NCBI GenBank assembly: GCA_024400875.1
Contig: JAKSMB010000003.1
Span: 83,381 to 147,380, forward strand
Reading direction: 5' to 3'
Length of the DNA: 64,000 nt
From: Bacteroidales bacterium
GTDB taxonomy: Bacteria; Bacteroidota; Bacteroidia; Bacteroidales; WCHB1-69
Part shown: one piece after another, positions 44,993 through 53,057 of the stretch
Layout: the number at the start of each line of letters is the position of its first letter
Position numbering within the stretch: position 1 is the stretch's first letter
Program-made: the position numbers and the translations under genes
The notes under the pieces: model-generated
What the model saw: the letters and a program-made list of their open reading frames with translations, nothing else
Told to the model about the DNA's origin: nothing
Databases searched by the model: none

Positions 44993-45042
44993 GCATCTTT
45001 GTGTGTGGATAACTAATACCGTAAAGATGCCTTCTTTTTTTG
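44993..45042 (+). terminator. Possible terminator after hflX
   Basis: gcatcttt (44993-45000) pairs with aaagatgc (45023-45030), followed by cttcttttttt. The 22-nt loop is large, so confidence is modest. Confidence 0.4.
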
Positions 45043-45051
45043 TAGAAATTC

Positions 45052-45059
45052 TATATTTG
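45052..45059 (+). promoter_or_regulatory. -7 promoter box TATATTTG upstream of the riboswitch and nrdD
   Basis: Matches TAnnTTTG and lies immediately upstream of the riboswitch aptamer. Confidence 0.55.
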
Positions 45060-45065
45060 CAACCG

Positions 45066-45226
45066 GATTCAGGTTCCGAGGAAAAATAGGGAATCCTGTG
45101 AAAATCAGGAGCTATGCCCGTAGCTGTGAGTTTCAAAAAAAGGTGCAAGCAGTACGCCACTGACAAACGTTGGGAAGGCGCTTGCACTGAAACAAGCCAG
45201 AAGACCTGCCTGGGTTCAGATGATGT
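45066..45226 (+). promoter_or_regulatory. Cobalamin (B12) riboswitch (RF00174 class) in the nrdDG leader
   Basis: Conserved core elements appear in the correct order. They are ggttccgaggaaaaatAGGGAAtcctGTGAAAATCaggagc, tatGCCCGtaGCTGT, cGCCACTG, tGGGAAGGCg, and the B12 box AGCCAGAAGACCTGCC at 45195-45210. Confidence 0.85.
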
Positions 45227-45311
45227 AGCTTTCGGGAATAAAAGCAGAATGTCTTAGGATATGCTTCTTCTCCTATAAGTTACCTGTTTATTAACCATTA
45301 ACAACCAACTT

Positions 45312-47420
45312 ATGATTGAAGATCTATACATTATCAAACGAAACGGAAAGCGCGAACCTTTCTCAATGGATAAGATTCGCACGGCTATTACAAAGGCCTT
45401 TGTGTCGGTAGGTTTGTTTCCGTCTCACGAGAATTTAGTGAACATCTTGGGCCGCTTGTCCATATTTGACGGCATTGCGGTGGAAGATGTGCAAAACCAG
45501 GTGGAGAAGTCACTGATGGCTGAACGCTATTATGATGTTGCCAAGGCTTACATCCTTTACCGTCAACGCCATTATGAAGATCGTGAGGTGAAGGATAAAC
45601 TGGACTTCCTCATCAACTATTGCAACGCATCCAATGCGGCTACCGGCAGTAAGTATGATGCTAACGCTAACGTGGAACGCAAGAATGTGGCTACCCTGAT
45701 TGGTGAACTTCCCAAATCAAACTTCATACGTCTCAATCGCCGTATGTTGTGCGACCGTATCAAGGAGATGTATGGCAAGGAATTGGCAGACAAATATACG
45801 TACTTGCTGAACCACCATTTCATCTATAAGAACGATGAAACAAGCATCGCCAACTATTGCGCCAGCATTACGATGTATCCTTGGCTATTGAACGGTACCA
45901 AGAGCATCGGTGGCAACGCCACACAACCTACCAACTTGAAGTCTTTCTGCGGTGGGTTTATTAATATGGTGTTTATGGTCTCCAGTATGCTGAGCGGCGC
46001 GTGCGCTACTCCGGAGTTCCTGATGTACCTCGACCATTTCTTGGCATTGGAATACGGCGCCGACTACTATGAAAACTATAGCAAAGTGGTGGATCTGTCG
46101 GCAAAACAACGTACCATCGACAAAGTGGTGACGGATTGCTTCCAACAGGTGGTCTATTCCATCAACCAACCATCAGGCGCTCGTAACTTCCAATCTGTAT
46201 TCTGGAATATCTCTTATTACGATAAATATTATTTCCAAAGCCTTTTCGGCGAATTCTACTTCCCAGATGGCACACAACCGAATTGGGATTCAGTGAATTG
46301 GTTGCAAAAACGCTTTATGCGCTGGTTCAACCAAGAACGTACCAAGGCTGTTCTTACCTTCCCGGTGGAGACAATGGCATTGCTTTCCAACGATGAGGGT
46401 GAGTTTATGGATGAAGAATACGCCGACTTCACCGCAGAGATGTACGCAGCCGGACATTCATTCTTTACCTACGTGAGCGATAATGCCGACTCTTTGAGTA
46501 GCTGCTGCCGCTTGCGTAACGAGATTCAAGACAATGGCTTCAGCTATACCTTGGGCGCAGGTGGGGTTTCCACGGGCTCTAAGAGTGTGCTTACTATCAA
46601 CTTGAATCGTTGTGTCCAGCAGGCACGCCGCGAAAATCGTCCATATATGGAATACTTAGCTGAGGTGGTGGATCTTACCCACAAGGTGCAGACTGCCTAC
46701 AACGAAAACCTCAAGTATTTGATGGAGAAAGGTATGCTTCCACTGTTCGATGCTGGATTTATCGCCATCAATCGCCAATATCTCACCATCGGTATCAACG
46801 GTTTGGTAGAGGCTGCAGAATTTATGGGCATTGAAATCAATGACAATCCAAGATATCAAGCTTTTGTAGAAGAAATTCTTGGCCTGATTGAAAAATATAA
46901 CAAACAATACCGCACGAAGGAACTGATGTTCAACTGTGAAATGATTCCTGCTGAAAATGTGGGCGTAAAACACGCAAAATGGGATTCTGAAGATGGATAC
47001 GAGGTTCCTCGCGACTGTTACAACAGCTATTTCTACATCGTGGAAGATGAGTCGCTGAATGTGTTGGACAAGTTCAAGTTGCACGGCAGAAGATATATCA
47101 CACATCTTACAGGTGGCTCGGCACTGCATATGAATTTGGAAGAACATTTGAGCAAGGCACAATATCGTCAACTCTTGCGTACGGCGGCAATAGAAGGATG
47201 TAACTACTTTACATTCAATATTCCTAATACGATCTGTAACGATTGCGGTCATATTGATAAACGTTATCTGAAAACTTGTCCACATTGCCAGAGTACGAAT
47301 GTGGACTACCTCACCCGCGTGATTGGCTATATGAAACGTATCAGCAACTTCTCCGCTCCACGCCAGGAAGAAGCTGCCCGTCGTCACTATAACAAGGTGA
47401 ACAAGGATGAAGTATTATAA
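45312..47420 (+). CDS. nrdD: Anaerobic ribonucleoside-triphosphate reductase (class III)
   Basis: N-terminal ATP-cone (IIKRNGKREPFSMDKIRTAITKA). C-terminal Zn site CNDCGHIDKRYLKTCPHCQS followed by the glycyl-radical segment LTRVIGYMKRISNF. The length of 702 aa also fits. Confidence 0.9.
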   Translation: MIEDLYIIKRNGKREPFSMDKIRTAITKAFVSVGLFPSHENLVNILGRLSIFDGIAVEDVQNQVEKSLMAERYYDVAKAYILYRQRHYEDREVKDKLDFLINYCNASNAATGSKYDANANVERKNVATLIGELPKSNFIRLNRRMLCDRIKEMYGKELADKYTYLLNHHFIYKNDETSIANYCASITMYPWLLNGTKSIGGNATQPTNLKSFCGGFINMVFMVSSMLSGACATPEFLMYLDHFLALEYGADYYENYSKVVDLSAKQRTIDKVVTDCFQQVVYSINQPSGARNFQSVFWNISYYDKYYFQSLFGEFYFPDGTQPNWDSVNWLQKRFMRWFNQERTKAVLTFPVETMALLSNDEGEFMDEEYADFTAEMYAAGHSFFTYVSDNADSLSSCCRLRNEIQDNGFSYTLGAGGVSTGSKSVLTINLNRCVQQARRENRPYMEYLAEVVDLTHKVQTAYNENLKYLMEKGMLPLFDAGFIAINRQYLTIGINGLVEAAEFMGIEINDNPRYQAFVEEILGLIEKYNKQYRTKELMFNCEMIPAENVGVKHAKWDSEDGYEVPRDCYNSYFYIVEDESLNVLDKFKLHGRRYITHLTGGSALHMNLEEHLSKAQYRQLLRTAAIEGCNYFTFNIPNTICNDCGHIDKRYLKTCPHCQSTNVDYLTRVIGYMKRISNFSAPRQEEAARRHYNKVNKDEVL

Positions 47421-47859
47421 TTACGACATTGTCTTTCAGGAGATTCCTGATGAGGTAACGTTGGCTATCAACTTGACGGGTTGTCCGAATCGTTGTGTGG
47501 GTTGTCATAGCCCGCATCTTCGTGAGGATATCGGAGTGGAACTTACCCCTTCGATAATGGATGACTTGCTGGCAAAATACAAATCTTCCGTCTCCTGTGT
47601 GTGCTTTATGGGTGGCGATGCTCATAGGGTTGACTTGTCGCAGATGGCACAACACCTGCGGGCGCACTCAAAGGTGAAGATTGGATGGTATTCGGGACAA
47701 AATCAAATGCCACAGCATAGCGACCTGTTCGACTACGTGAAGTTAGGCCCATATATCCCGGAGAAGGGCAGCTTGAAATCCAATACCACCAACCAGCGAC
47801 TCTATCGCAACCAGCAGGGTAGGTGGGAGGACATTACCCACAGATTTTGGAAACACTAA
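47407..47859 (+). CDS. nrdG: Anaerobic ribonucleotide reductase activating protein (radical SAM)
   Basis: INLTGCPNRCVGCHSPHL (a CxxxCxxC-type cluster motif), 150 aa, with a 14-nt overlap with nrdD. Confidence 0.85.
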   Translation: MKYYNYDIVFQEIPDEVTLAINLTGCPNRCVGCHSPHLREDIGVELTPSIMDDLLAKYKSSVSCVCFMGGDAHRVDLSQMAQHLRAHSKVKIGWYSGQNQMPQHSDLFDYVKLGPYIPEKGSLKSNTTNQRLYRNQQGRWEDITHRFWKH

Positions 47860-47871
47860 ACCATAGATAAA

Positions 47872-47900
47872 AAGGCGATCCTCAAGGGTCGCCTTAATTT
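47872..47900 (+). terminator. Rho-independent terminator after nrdG
   Basis: Hairpin aaggcgatcc-tcaa-gggtcgcctt followed by aattttat. Confidence 0.65.
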
Positions 47901-48250
47901 TATCTATATCTCAGTTCACTCTACTTTCAATTTAAGTTTTTGTTTTTGTACAACTAGGGCGGCCCGGCTCCTTACGTCGCCGTCGGGCTATCCGCACTAA
48001 CTTCGGGCTCTATTCTGCTTCGTCTCCTCCTGCTTTCTACCTTCCGCCTACTGCCTCTTAGCTTACTGCATACCAACTTTCGCCGCCCTCGTAAATGTGC
48101 TACTATCCCTGCCGCAACGCTCGCGGGGCTGCTCCGTCCGATCGTCGGCGAGGACGTTATCACCGCCGTGGCACACCTCTACCGCGCCGCCGTTTGGGAA
48201 TGGAAACACGCCATCCGCGCTACAAAATTCAACCCCTAACGGGGTTTGTA

Positions 48251-48306
48251 GACCATTAACCTTGACCATTGGCCATTGACCTTGCTTGCGCACGAAAACA
48301 TAAACT
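48251..48306 (+). repeat. Direct repeat copy A flanking the Rpn-family gene
   Basis: gaccattaaccttGACCATTGGCCATTGaccttgCTTgCGCACgAAAACATAAACT. It shares a 15-nt identical core and flanking similarity with copy B at 49588-49649. Confidence 0.75.
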
Positions 48307-48439
48307 ATCCATTAAGGTACAGGCGAAATCCTGCGCACACACTTAATCCCCTTCTACTAGAAGGGGTGGCCGTAGCCGGGGTAGTGAACAACGCGACGAT
48401 CAAATACGAATAATCTCCCTCCCTCCACCTTTCGTTCTT

Positions 48440-49360
48440 TCAACCTTTCGTCCTTAGAATCTCCTCCTCACTCAATCCCGTAACGGCGACGATGGTGGGG
48501 ATGTCTATGCCCAAGGAAAGAAGTTTTTGAGCAGTCTGGATTTTTTCTTCCTCTCTGCCTTTTTCAATGCCTTCGTTTATGCCTTCAGCAAGCCCCTGGT
48601 TATAGCCGTTCTCTTGCCCCTTTTCGCGGGCGTATTCGATGGCGTCCTTGATGCCTGCGTATTCCAGAATCTCCTTGTTGTAAGTCTCTTGTTCCATACT
48701 GTTGAGTTTTGAATAGGTACATTGTTCCAGCAACTGCCTGAAGATGGGATCCTGCTCGTCGCGAAAGTCCTGCTCGTCCATATTCTGCAGGTTCTTCAAA
48801 TAGTAGAACCACTTCTCCATCTGGTTTTTAAAGGATTTCCGTTTCTCAGGCGATTGCGCCGCAAAATTAGACAATTTGAAGAAATACAGGACGATCTTGT
48901 TTGAAAAAATCCTGTTGTCATCATCTTTCAGCATCATCTTCCACATATATTTATCCTTCTCAGGAAACATGTCGGGCTGAAAGTCCAACAGGTTGACGGA
49001 ATAGACCGTAGGAATATCGTAGATTGGGTCGCCGCGACGCAAGCTGCTGCTGACAGCCCTACTCACGTATGCGATGGTGCGGTTGGCGAAGAAATGCTGC
49101 ATGCTACGCTGCATCTCTATGATGAAGCGGTCGCCGTTCTTGTTGGTGCAGAAGATGTCGAAGATCACGTTCTTTTCGTTTTCAAATATGCCGACTTGTT
49201 CCTGTGGTAGATACTGGAGGTCGGTGATGATGCCGGTATCGTCGGAGATGGTGGTGTTGAGGAAGGCCATCAGGAGGTTCTTATTGTTTTCGGTTCCGAA
49301 GAGACGCTTGAACGTGAAGTCCACGAGCGGACAGATGAAATAAGTATTTTGTCTTGCCAT
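48440..49360 (-). CDS. Rpn-family recombination-promoting nuclease / putative transposase (PD-(D/E)XK, YhgA-like)
   Basis: MARQNTYFICPLVDFTFKRLFGTENNKNLLMAFLN...VIFDIFCTNKNGDRFIIEMQ is the typical N-terminal D...FK.lFg and D..c....g....IEmQ nuclease core. The C-terminal part has repeated helical segments. ATG 49360 is preferred over 49411 because a -7 box lies at 49388-49395. Confidence 0.8.
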   Translation of the reverse strand: MARQNTYFICPLVDFTFKRLFGTENNKNLLMAFLNTTISDDTGIITDLQYLPQEQVGIFENEKNVIFDIFCTNKNGDRFIIEMQRSMQHFFANRTIAYVSRAVSSSLRRGDPIYDIPTVYSVNLLDFQPDMFPEKDKYMWKMMLKDDDNRIFSNKIVLYFFKLSNFAAQSPEKRKSFKNQMEKWFYYLKNLQNMDEQDFRDEQDPIFRQLLEQCTYSKLNSMEQETYNKEILEYAGIKDAIEYAREKGQENGYNQGLAEGINEGIEKGREEEKIQTAQKLLSLGIDIPTIVAVTGLSEEEILRTKG

Positions 49361-49387
49361 ATTAATTTTGTTTAAAGATTTACAGGG

Positions 49388-49395
49388 CAAATTTA
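49388..49395 (-). promoter_or_regulatory. -7 promoter box (TAAATTTG on the minus strand) for the Rpn-family gene
   Basis: Plus-strand caaattta is the reverse complement of TAAATTTG, 28 nt upstream of the ATG at 49360. Confidence 0.5.
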
Positions 49396-49587
49396 CGACA
49401 CCGGAACTCAAAAATCAATAGCCAAAAAGTGAAAAATTGAAGTGCAACAAAGTTATCGAAAAATGCAGTTTTCTGATCAAAACTGGTAAAAAACATAGCA
49501 GAAGACGCATTTTTTTATTTTGGCATTTTTTGGCCCGAAAAGGAATTCGGTGTTGAATTTCGGAGAAAATCAGGATGCCAATCACAA

Positions 49588-49649
49588 AACCATTAATCTA
49601 GACCATTGGCCATTGCTTACGCACAAAAACTTAAACAAAAACATAAACT
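49588..49649 (+). repeat. Direct repeat copy B flanking the Rpn-family gene
   Basis: aaccattaatctaGACCATTGGCCATTGCTTaCGCACaAAAACttaaacaaaaACATAAACT. Confidence 0.75.
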
Positions 49650-49660
49650 TTGACAAACAG

Positions 49661-49688
49661 ATTATCAATTATCAATTGTCAATTATCA
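49661..49688 (+). repeat. Four tandem heptamers, ATTATCA ATTATCA ATTGTCA ATTATCA
   Basis: Read directly from the sequence. Period 7, with one substitution. Confidence 0.85.
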
Positions 49689-49722
49689 ATTCTTTCGCCC
49701 ATGCCTACCATCAGAAAAGTGC

Positions 49723-49760
49723 AAAAAAAAAGGACGATCCTATAGGGTCGTCCTTTTTCT
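49723..49760 (-). terminator. Bidirectional-type terminator, functional for the minus-strand operon ending at 49780
   Basis: Plus strand: A8, then aggacgatcc-tata-gggtcgtcct, then T5. On the minus strand the hairpin is followed by a T8 run. Confidence 0.8.
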
Positions 49761-49779
49761 ACATCATTACGAAAGATTG

Positions 49780-50199
49780 TTATTTAGATTCGTGGAGGTC
49801 GATGGTATAGTCTTCTTGTTTGATTGTGATTTGTTTGTTTTTCTTGTCGTAGGTGAAGGGGATGGAGAATTGTTCATCTTCTTCCAGATCAAGGTTGTAG
49901 AGAGAACCGGAACTTTCGCCGTCAAAGGTGTAGGAGAAAGATTCGTCGAAAGAGTGATTCATGTAGGGGGTGCCATCGATGGCAATCATGTTTGCAGCCG
50001 AGAGGCGGCCGGTGGCGTCGGTGGTGAAGTCAACCGTCATTGTCATGCTGAATTCAGCAGGGGTACCGTCAATCATCACGGTATCTTTTTTAATGCTTCC
50101 TTCCCATGTGGTGCCGGTGAGGTCAACGTTTTTGTTGCAGGATGCCAGTGTGAAGACACTGAGGATGGCTACGAAAGCCAAAACGATTGTTTTTTTCAT
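49780..50199 (-). CDS. Small lipoprotein, possibly lipocalin-like (function unknown)
   Basis: MKKTIVLAFVAILSVFTLASC is a lipobox. NKNVDLTGTTWEGS... is followed by beta-rich sequence. Total length 139 aa. Confidence 0.6.
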   Translation of the reverse strand: MKKTIVLAFVAILSVFTLASCNKNVDLTGTTWEGSIKKDTVMIDGTPAEFSMTMTVDFTTDATGRLSAANMIAIDGTPYMNHSFDESFSYTFDGESSGSLYNLDLEEDEQFSIPFTYDKKNKQITIKQEDYTIDLHESK

Positions 50200-50220
50200 A
50201 GTAGGTATGTTTTAATAAGT

Positions 50221-51162
50221 TTATAGTGTACTAAGAGCGGCGGCGCCCAAGATGGCGGCATCATTGCCGTTGAGTTTGGATAGCTGAACGTTGATTTTAT
50301 CTTTGTATAGGAACAGCAGATGTTGGTCGAAATACTGACGAAGGGGAGCCATAAGGGCTTCTCCAGCGCGGGTAGGCCCACCCATCAGGAAGATGGCTTC
50401 CGGTTCGGAGAAGGCCGCTGCATTGGCTAATGCCAATCCCACCCAGTAGGCTGTGCGTTGATAGGTGCGGATGGCTATCTCATCGCCTTGGTTGGCGCCT
50501 TCACCCACAAACTTGCAGGTGAGGTTGGCGCGTTCCTCGTCGCTCAGCGGCTTCCCGGCGAGGGCGGCTTCTTCTATGTAGGTTTGACAGATGCCTCGTG
50601 CGGAAGCGTAGGTTTCGATGCAACCTTTGCGACCGCAACTGCAAGCGCGCCCGTTGGGCTCAACGATGGCGTGGCCAATCTCGCCGGCAGCACCATGCGC
50701 TCCGTGCAACAATCGACCGTCGATGACGATACCGCTGCCCACACCCGTGCCTAAGGTGAGCATAATGAAGTGCTTCATTCCTTTGGCGCCACCGTAAACC
50801 AATTCACCTAACGCGGCAGCATTGGCATCGTTGTCCAACTTCACGGGCACGTTGAATTGCTCACTCAACATTTGTCCTAATGGAATTTGTGTCTTGATAC
50901 GCAGGTTGGCGGTGTTCTCCTCAATGCATCCTGTTTGGTAATTGCCGTTAGGAGCACCAATGCCGATGCCTGTGATACTTTCTATATTGTTATCGGACAT
51001 TAACTTACGAATGCCGTTGGCGATGTCCGTCATATACGGTGCTGCCTGATCATAACTTTGAGAAGATAGGATGACGTGGCTGAGAACTTGTCCGTCGCTG
51101 CGTACGAGTCCGATGTCTGTGTTGGTAGCACCAATGTCGATTCCGATAGCGTAGGTTTGCAT
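50221..51162 (-). CDS. ROK-family sugar kinase (glucokinase-like)
   Basis: MQTYAIGIDIGATNTDIGLV (N-terminal ATP motif), GIGAPNGN, LDNDANAAALGE, GTGVGSGIVIDGRLLHGAHGAAGEIGH, and the Zn motif CSCGRKGCIETYAS. Start 51162 is preferred over 51318, because 51318 would overlap mltG by 113 nt and add a non-homologous extension. Confidence 0.85.
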   Translation of the reverse strand: MQTYAIGIDIGATNTDIGLVRSDGQVLSHVILSSQSYDQAAPYMTDIANGIRKLMSDNNIESITGIGIGAPNGNYQTGCIEENTANLRIKTQIPLGQMLSEQFNVPVKLDNDANAAALGELVYGGAKGMKHFIMLTLGTGVGSGIVIDGRLLHGAHGAAGEIGHAIVEPNGRACSCGRKGCIETYASARGICQTYIEEAALAGKPLSDEERANLTCKFVGEGANQGDEIAIRTYQRTAYWVGLALANAAAFSEPEAIFLMGGPTRAGEALMAPLRQYFDQHLLFLYKDKINVQLSKLNGNDAAILGAAALSTL

Positions 51163-51205
51163 ATATGTTGAAAATTTAGAGGTTAAAGGGACTAAAGGTA
51201 AGTGT

Positions 51206-52228
51206 CTAGTGTTTGATATTGCGTTTGTTGAGGGCGGCTCGGTAGCGGGCAGCGTTTTGTGCGTGCTGTCCGGCACTTGCCGTGAAGTTGTGATAACCAG
51301 AGAAGTCTTCTTTGGCACACATAAAGAGGTAGTCGTGATGTGTATAGTTCAAGACAGCATCTAAGGTTGAACCATCCGGAATACGGATAGGGCCCGGCGG
51401 CAGTCCTGGATATTTGTAGGTATTGTACGGAGAGTCGATCTGCAAATCGCTATTCAGGATGCGCTTGCGGGCGAAGTCTCCAATGGCGAATTTTACGGTC
51501 GGGTCGGCTTGCAAAAGCATACCCTTGTGCAGACGGTTGATGTAGAGGCCTGCAATGATGGGCTTTTCATCACTACGGAAGTTTTCCTCCTCCACGATGG
51601 AGGCAAGCGTGGCAACTTCGATAGGAGAGAGTCCGATCTCCTGAGCCTTGGCTTTGCGCTTTTCATTCCAGAAGTTTTGATAGATGCTGTACATCTTATC
51701 CAGAAACCCTTCGGCGGAAATATCATAGTAGAACTCGTAACTGTTGGGGATGAACATGGCTGGGATGGTAGCGGCATTGAAGCCGTATTTCGCCATTACG
51801 GTTGAATCGCTCAACAATGTACGTAGCTCTTCGGGTTCAAAGAAGAAGTGGTGGCCGACTTTGCTAACAAACTGGTCGATGGTGCGGGCGTTGTTGAAAG
51901 CGAACTTGACGGGATAGTGTTGCCCGGCACGCAAGAGACGCACCAAGTCAAAATTGCTCATCTTGGGCGAGATCGTGTAGTGGCCACAACGCATAGTCTT
52001 GAACTTCATAGCTTTGACCACGGCATCAAAAGTTTTTCCGTTTTGGAGCAGGTCGTGCGCACGAAGGGTGTCTTTAACTTGCGCGTAGGTAGCATCACGT
52101 GGAACGGTGATCTGCACTTCTTTCGTATTCTTGGTGTTAGGACCAAAAATAGAAAAAGCTGCCACACCAAGGATTGCCAAGGCGATGGCAACGATGGCGG
52201 CAGCGATGAGGAGTGTTTTTTTCTTCAT
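51206..52228 (-). CDS. mltG: Endolytic peptidoglycan transglycosylase MltG (YceG-like)
   Basis: N-terminal TM anchor, LASIVEEENFRSDEKPIIAGLYINRLHKGMLLQADPTVKFA, and SPYNTYKYPGLPPGPIRIPDGSTLDAVLN. Confidence 0.9.
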   Translation of the reverse strand: MKKKTLLIAAAIVAIALAILGVAAFSIFGPNTKNTKEVQITVPRDATYAQVKDTLRAHDLLQNGKTFDAVVKAMKFKTMRCGHYTISPKMSNFDLVRLLRAGQHYPVKFAFNNARTIDQFVSKVGHHFFFEPEELRTLLSDSTVMAKYGFNAATIPAMFIPNSYEFYYDISAEGFLDKMYSIYQNFWNEKRKAKAQEIGLSPIEVATLASIVEEENFRSDEKPIIAGLYINRLHKGMLLQADPTVKFAIGDFARKRILNSDLQIDSPYNTYKYPGLPPGPIRIPDGSTLDAVLNYTHHDYLFMCAKEDFSGYHNFTASAGQHAQNAARYRAALNKRNIKH

Positions 52229-52231
52229 AAT

Positions 52232-53029
52232 CTACAATATCCGTTTGATGATGCGGAGTTTGTGAGTGTATTTCTTCGTGTATTGGTTGAAGATGCCTGT
52301 GTCGTCGAGTACATTCACTTGCACATGGCCGGAGGCGTGGATGATTTGTCGTTCGCCGCAAACCATGCCAACGTGTACGACGCGACCTTCTTCATTCTCG
52401 AAGAAGGCGAGATCACCTACGCGGGCTTCATCTACGAAGTCAACATTCTCGCCAAGCTCAACCTGTTGGGAGGCGTCGCGGGGTAGGGTGATGCCAATGT
52501 TCTTGAACAATAGTTGCACGAAGCCGGAGCAATCGATGCCGGCAGGCGTGCGTCCACCCCACAAATACGGCGTGTTCAGCAGCTGAAATCCGCAGTGTAG
52601 CAGTGCGTCCTGTTTGTCGGCAGGATTTAAAGTGTTAAGGGGAGTGAGGATGTCGCGATCTTCCACGGAGTACTCTATGCCGGCCAGGACGAAGTTGCCG
52701 TCCGCATCTGGCGTCGGGAATTGTGATCCGATAAAGATCGGAAATGCAGCATAGTCGGTGGTGTTGTATGTGCGGGTGATAAGGTTGTGTACGACAACCT
52801 TGTCGGTCGCAACATATGCCTCAAACTCTTCATCGGATAACGGCGTGTGCTGTTTGCTGCTAATCCATCCCTCGTATTGGCAATCGGTGGTACAAATCTT
52901 TGTCCACTCGGTTGCAGATTCTAATACGGAATAGGTTTCTCCAAACAGAAGTTGAGAAACCATTTCGGAGCAGTGGCTGGCCTCAGCGCGTAGAGCAACC
53001 GAAGACCAAAGGCAAATCCCCTGGTTCAT
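52232..53029 (-). CDS. NlpC/P60 (C40) family peptidoglycan peptidase with an N-terminal SH3-like region
   Basis: LLNTPYLWGGRTPAGIDCSGFVQLLF (catalytic Cys), with VVHVGMV...IIHASG (His) further on. Confidence 0.88.
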   Translation of the reverse strand: MNQGICLWSSVALRAEASHCSEMVSQLLFGETYSVLESATEWTKICTTDCQYEGWISSKQHTPLSDEEFEAYVATDKVVVHNLITRTYNTTDYAAFPIFIGSQFPTPDADGNFVLAGIEYSVEDRDILTPLNTLNPADKQDALLHCGFQLLNTPYLWGGRTPAGIDCSGFVQLLFKNIGITLPRDASQQVELGENVDFVDEARVGDLAFFENEEGRVVHVGMVCGERQIIHASGHVQVNVLDDTGIFNQYTKKYTHKLRIIKRIL

Positions 53030-53057
53030 AGCAAGAATTGTTTAAGATTGATGTTAA

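Larger units (their letters stand above)
48251..49649. mobile_element. Putative ~1.4-kb cassette: Rpn-family nuclease gene bounded by ~55-60-nt direct repeats
   Basis: Repeats A and B are in direct orientation on either side of the single gene. Mobility itself is not demonstrated. Confidence 0.3.

Noticed and set aside
41627-47387. Long antisense ORFs opposite the ABC-F gene (41627-42346, 42395-42940, 43034-43630) and opposite nrdD (46656-47387, 243 aa). The same applies to 58995-59876 and 60324-61106 opposite secDF, and to 51848-52486 opposite mltG.
   Set aside because: Each is fully contained within, and antisense to, a gene with unambiguous family motifs. Their translations show no recognisable motifs.
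47972-48293. Short ORFs in the GC-rich island (47972-48163, 48063-48293, 48097-48279).
   Set aside because: They overlap one another in different frames. They have Arg/Pro/Ser-rich translations typical of random GC-rich sequence, and I see no promoter-box-plus-start arrangement. The region is treated as noncoding, although a decayed pseudogene cannot be excluded without BLASTX.
49520-50226. Plus-strand ORFs 49520-49810 and 49777-50226.
   Set aside because: The first spans the repeat, heptamer and terminator region and translates the repeats (IINYQLSIIN). The second is antisense to the lipoprotein gene at 49780-50199, which has a proper lipobox.
51163-51318. N-terminal extension of the ROK kinase ORF to 51318.
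   Set aside because: It would overlap the 3' end of mltG by 113 nt and add 52 residues with no similarity to ROK kinases. The conserved ATP motif begins right after the internal Met at 51162.
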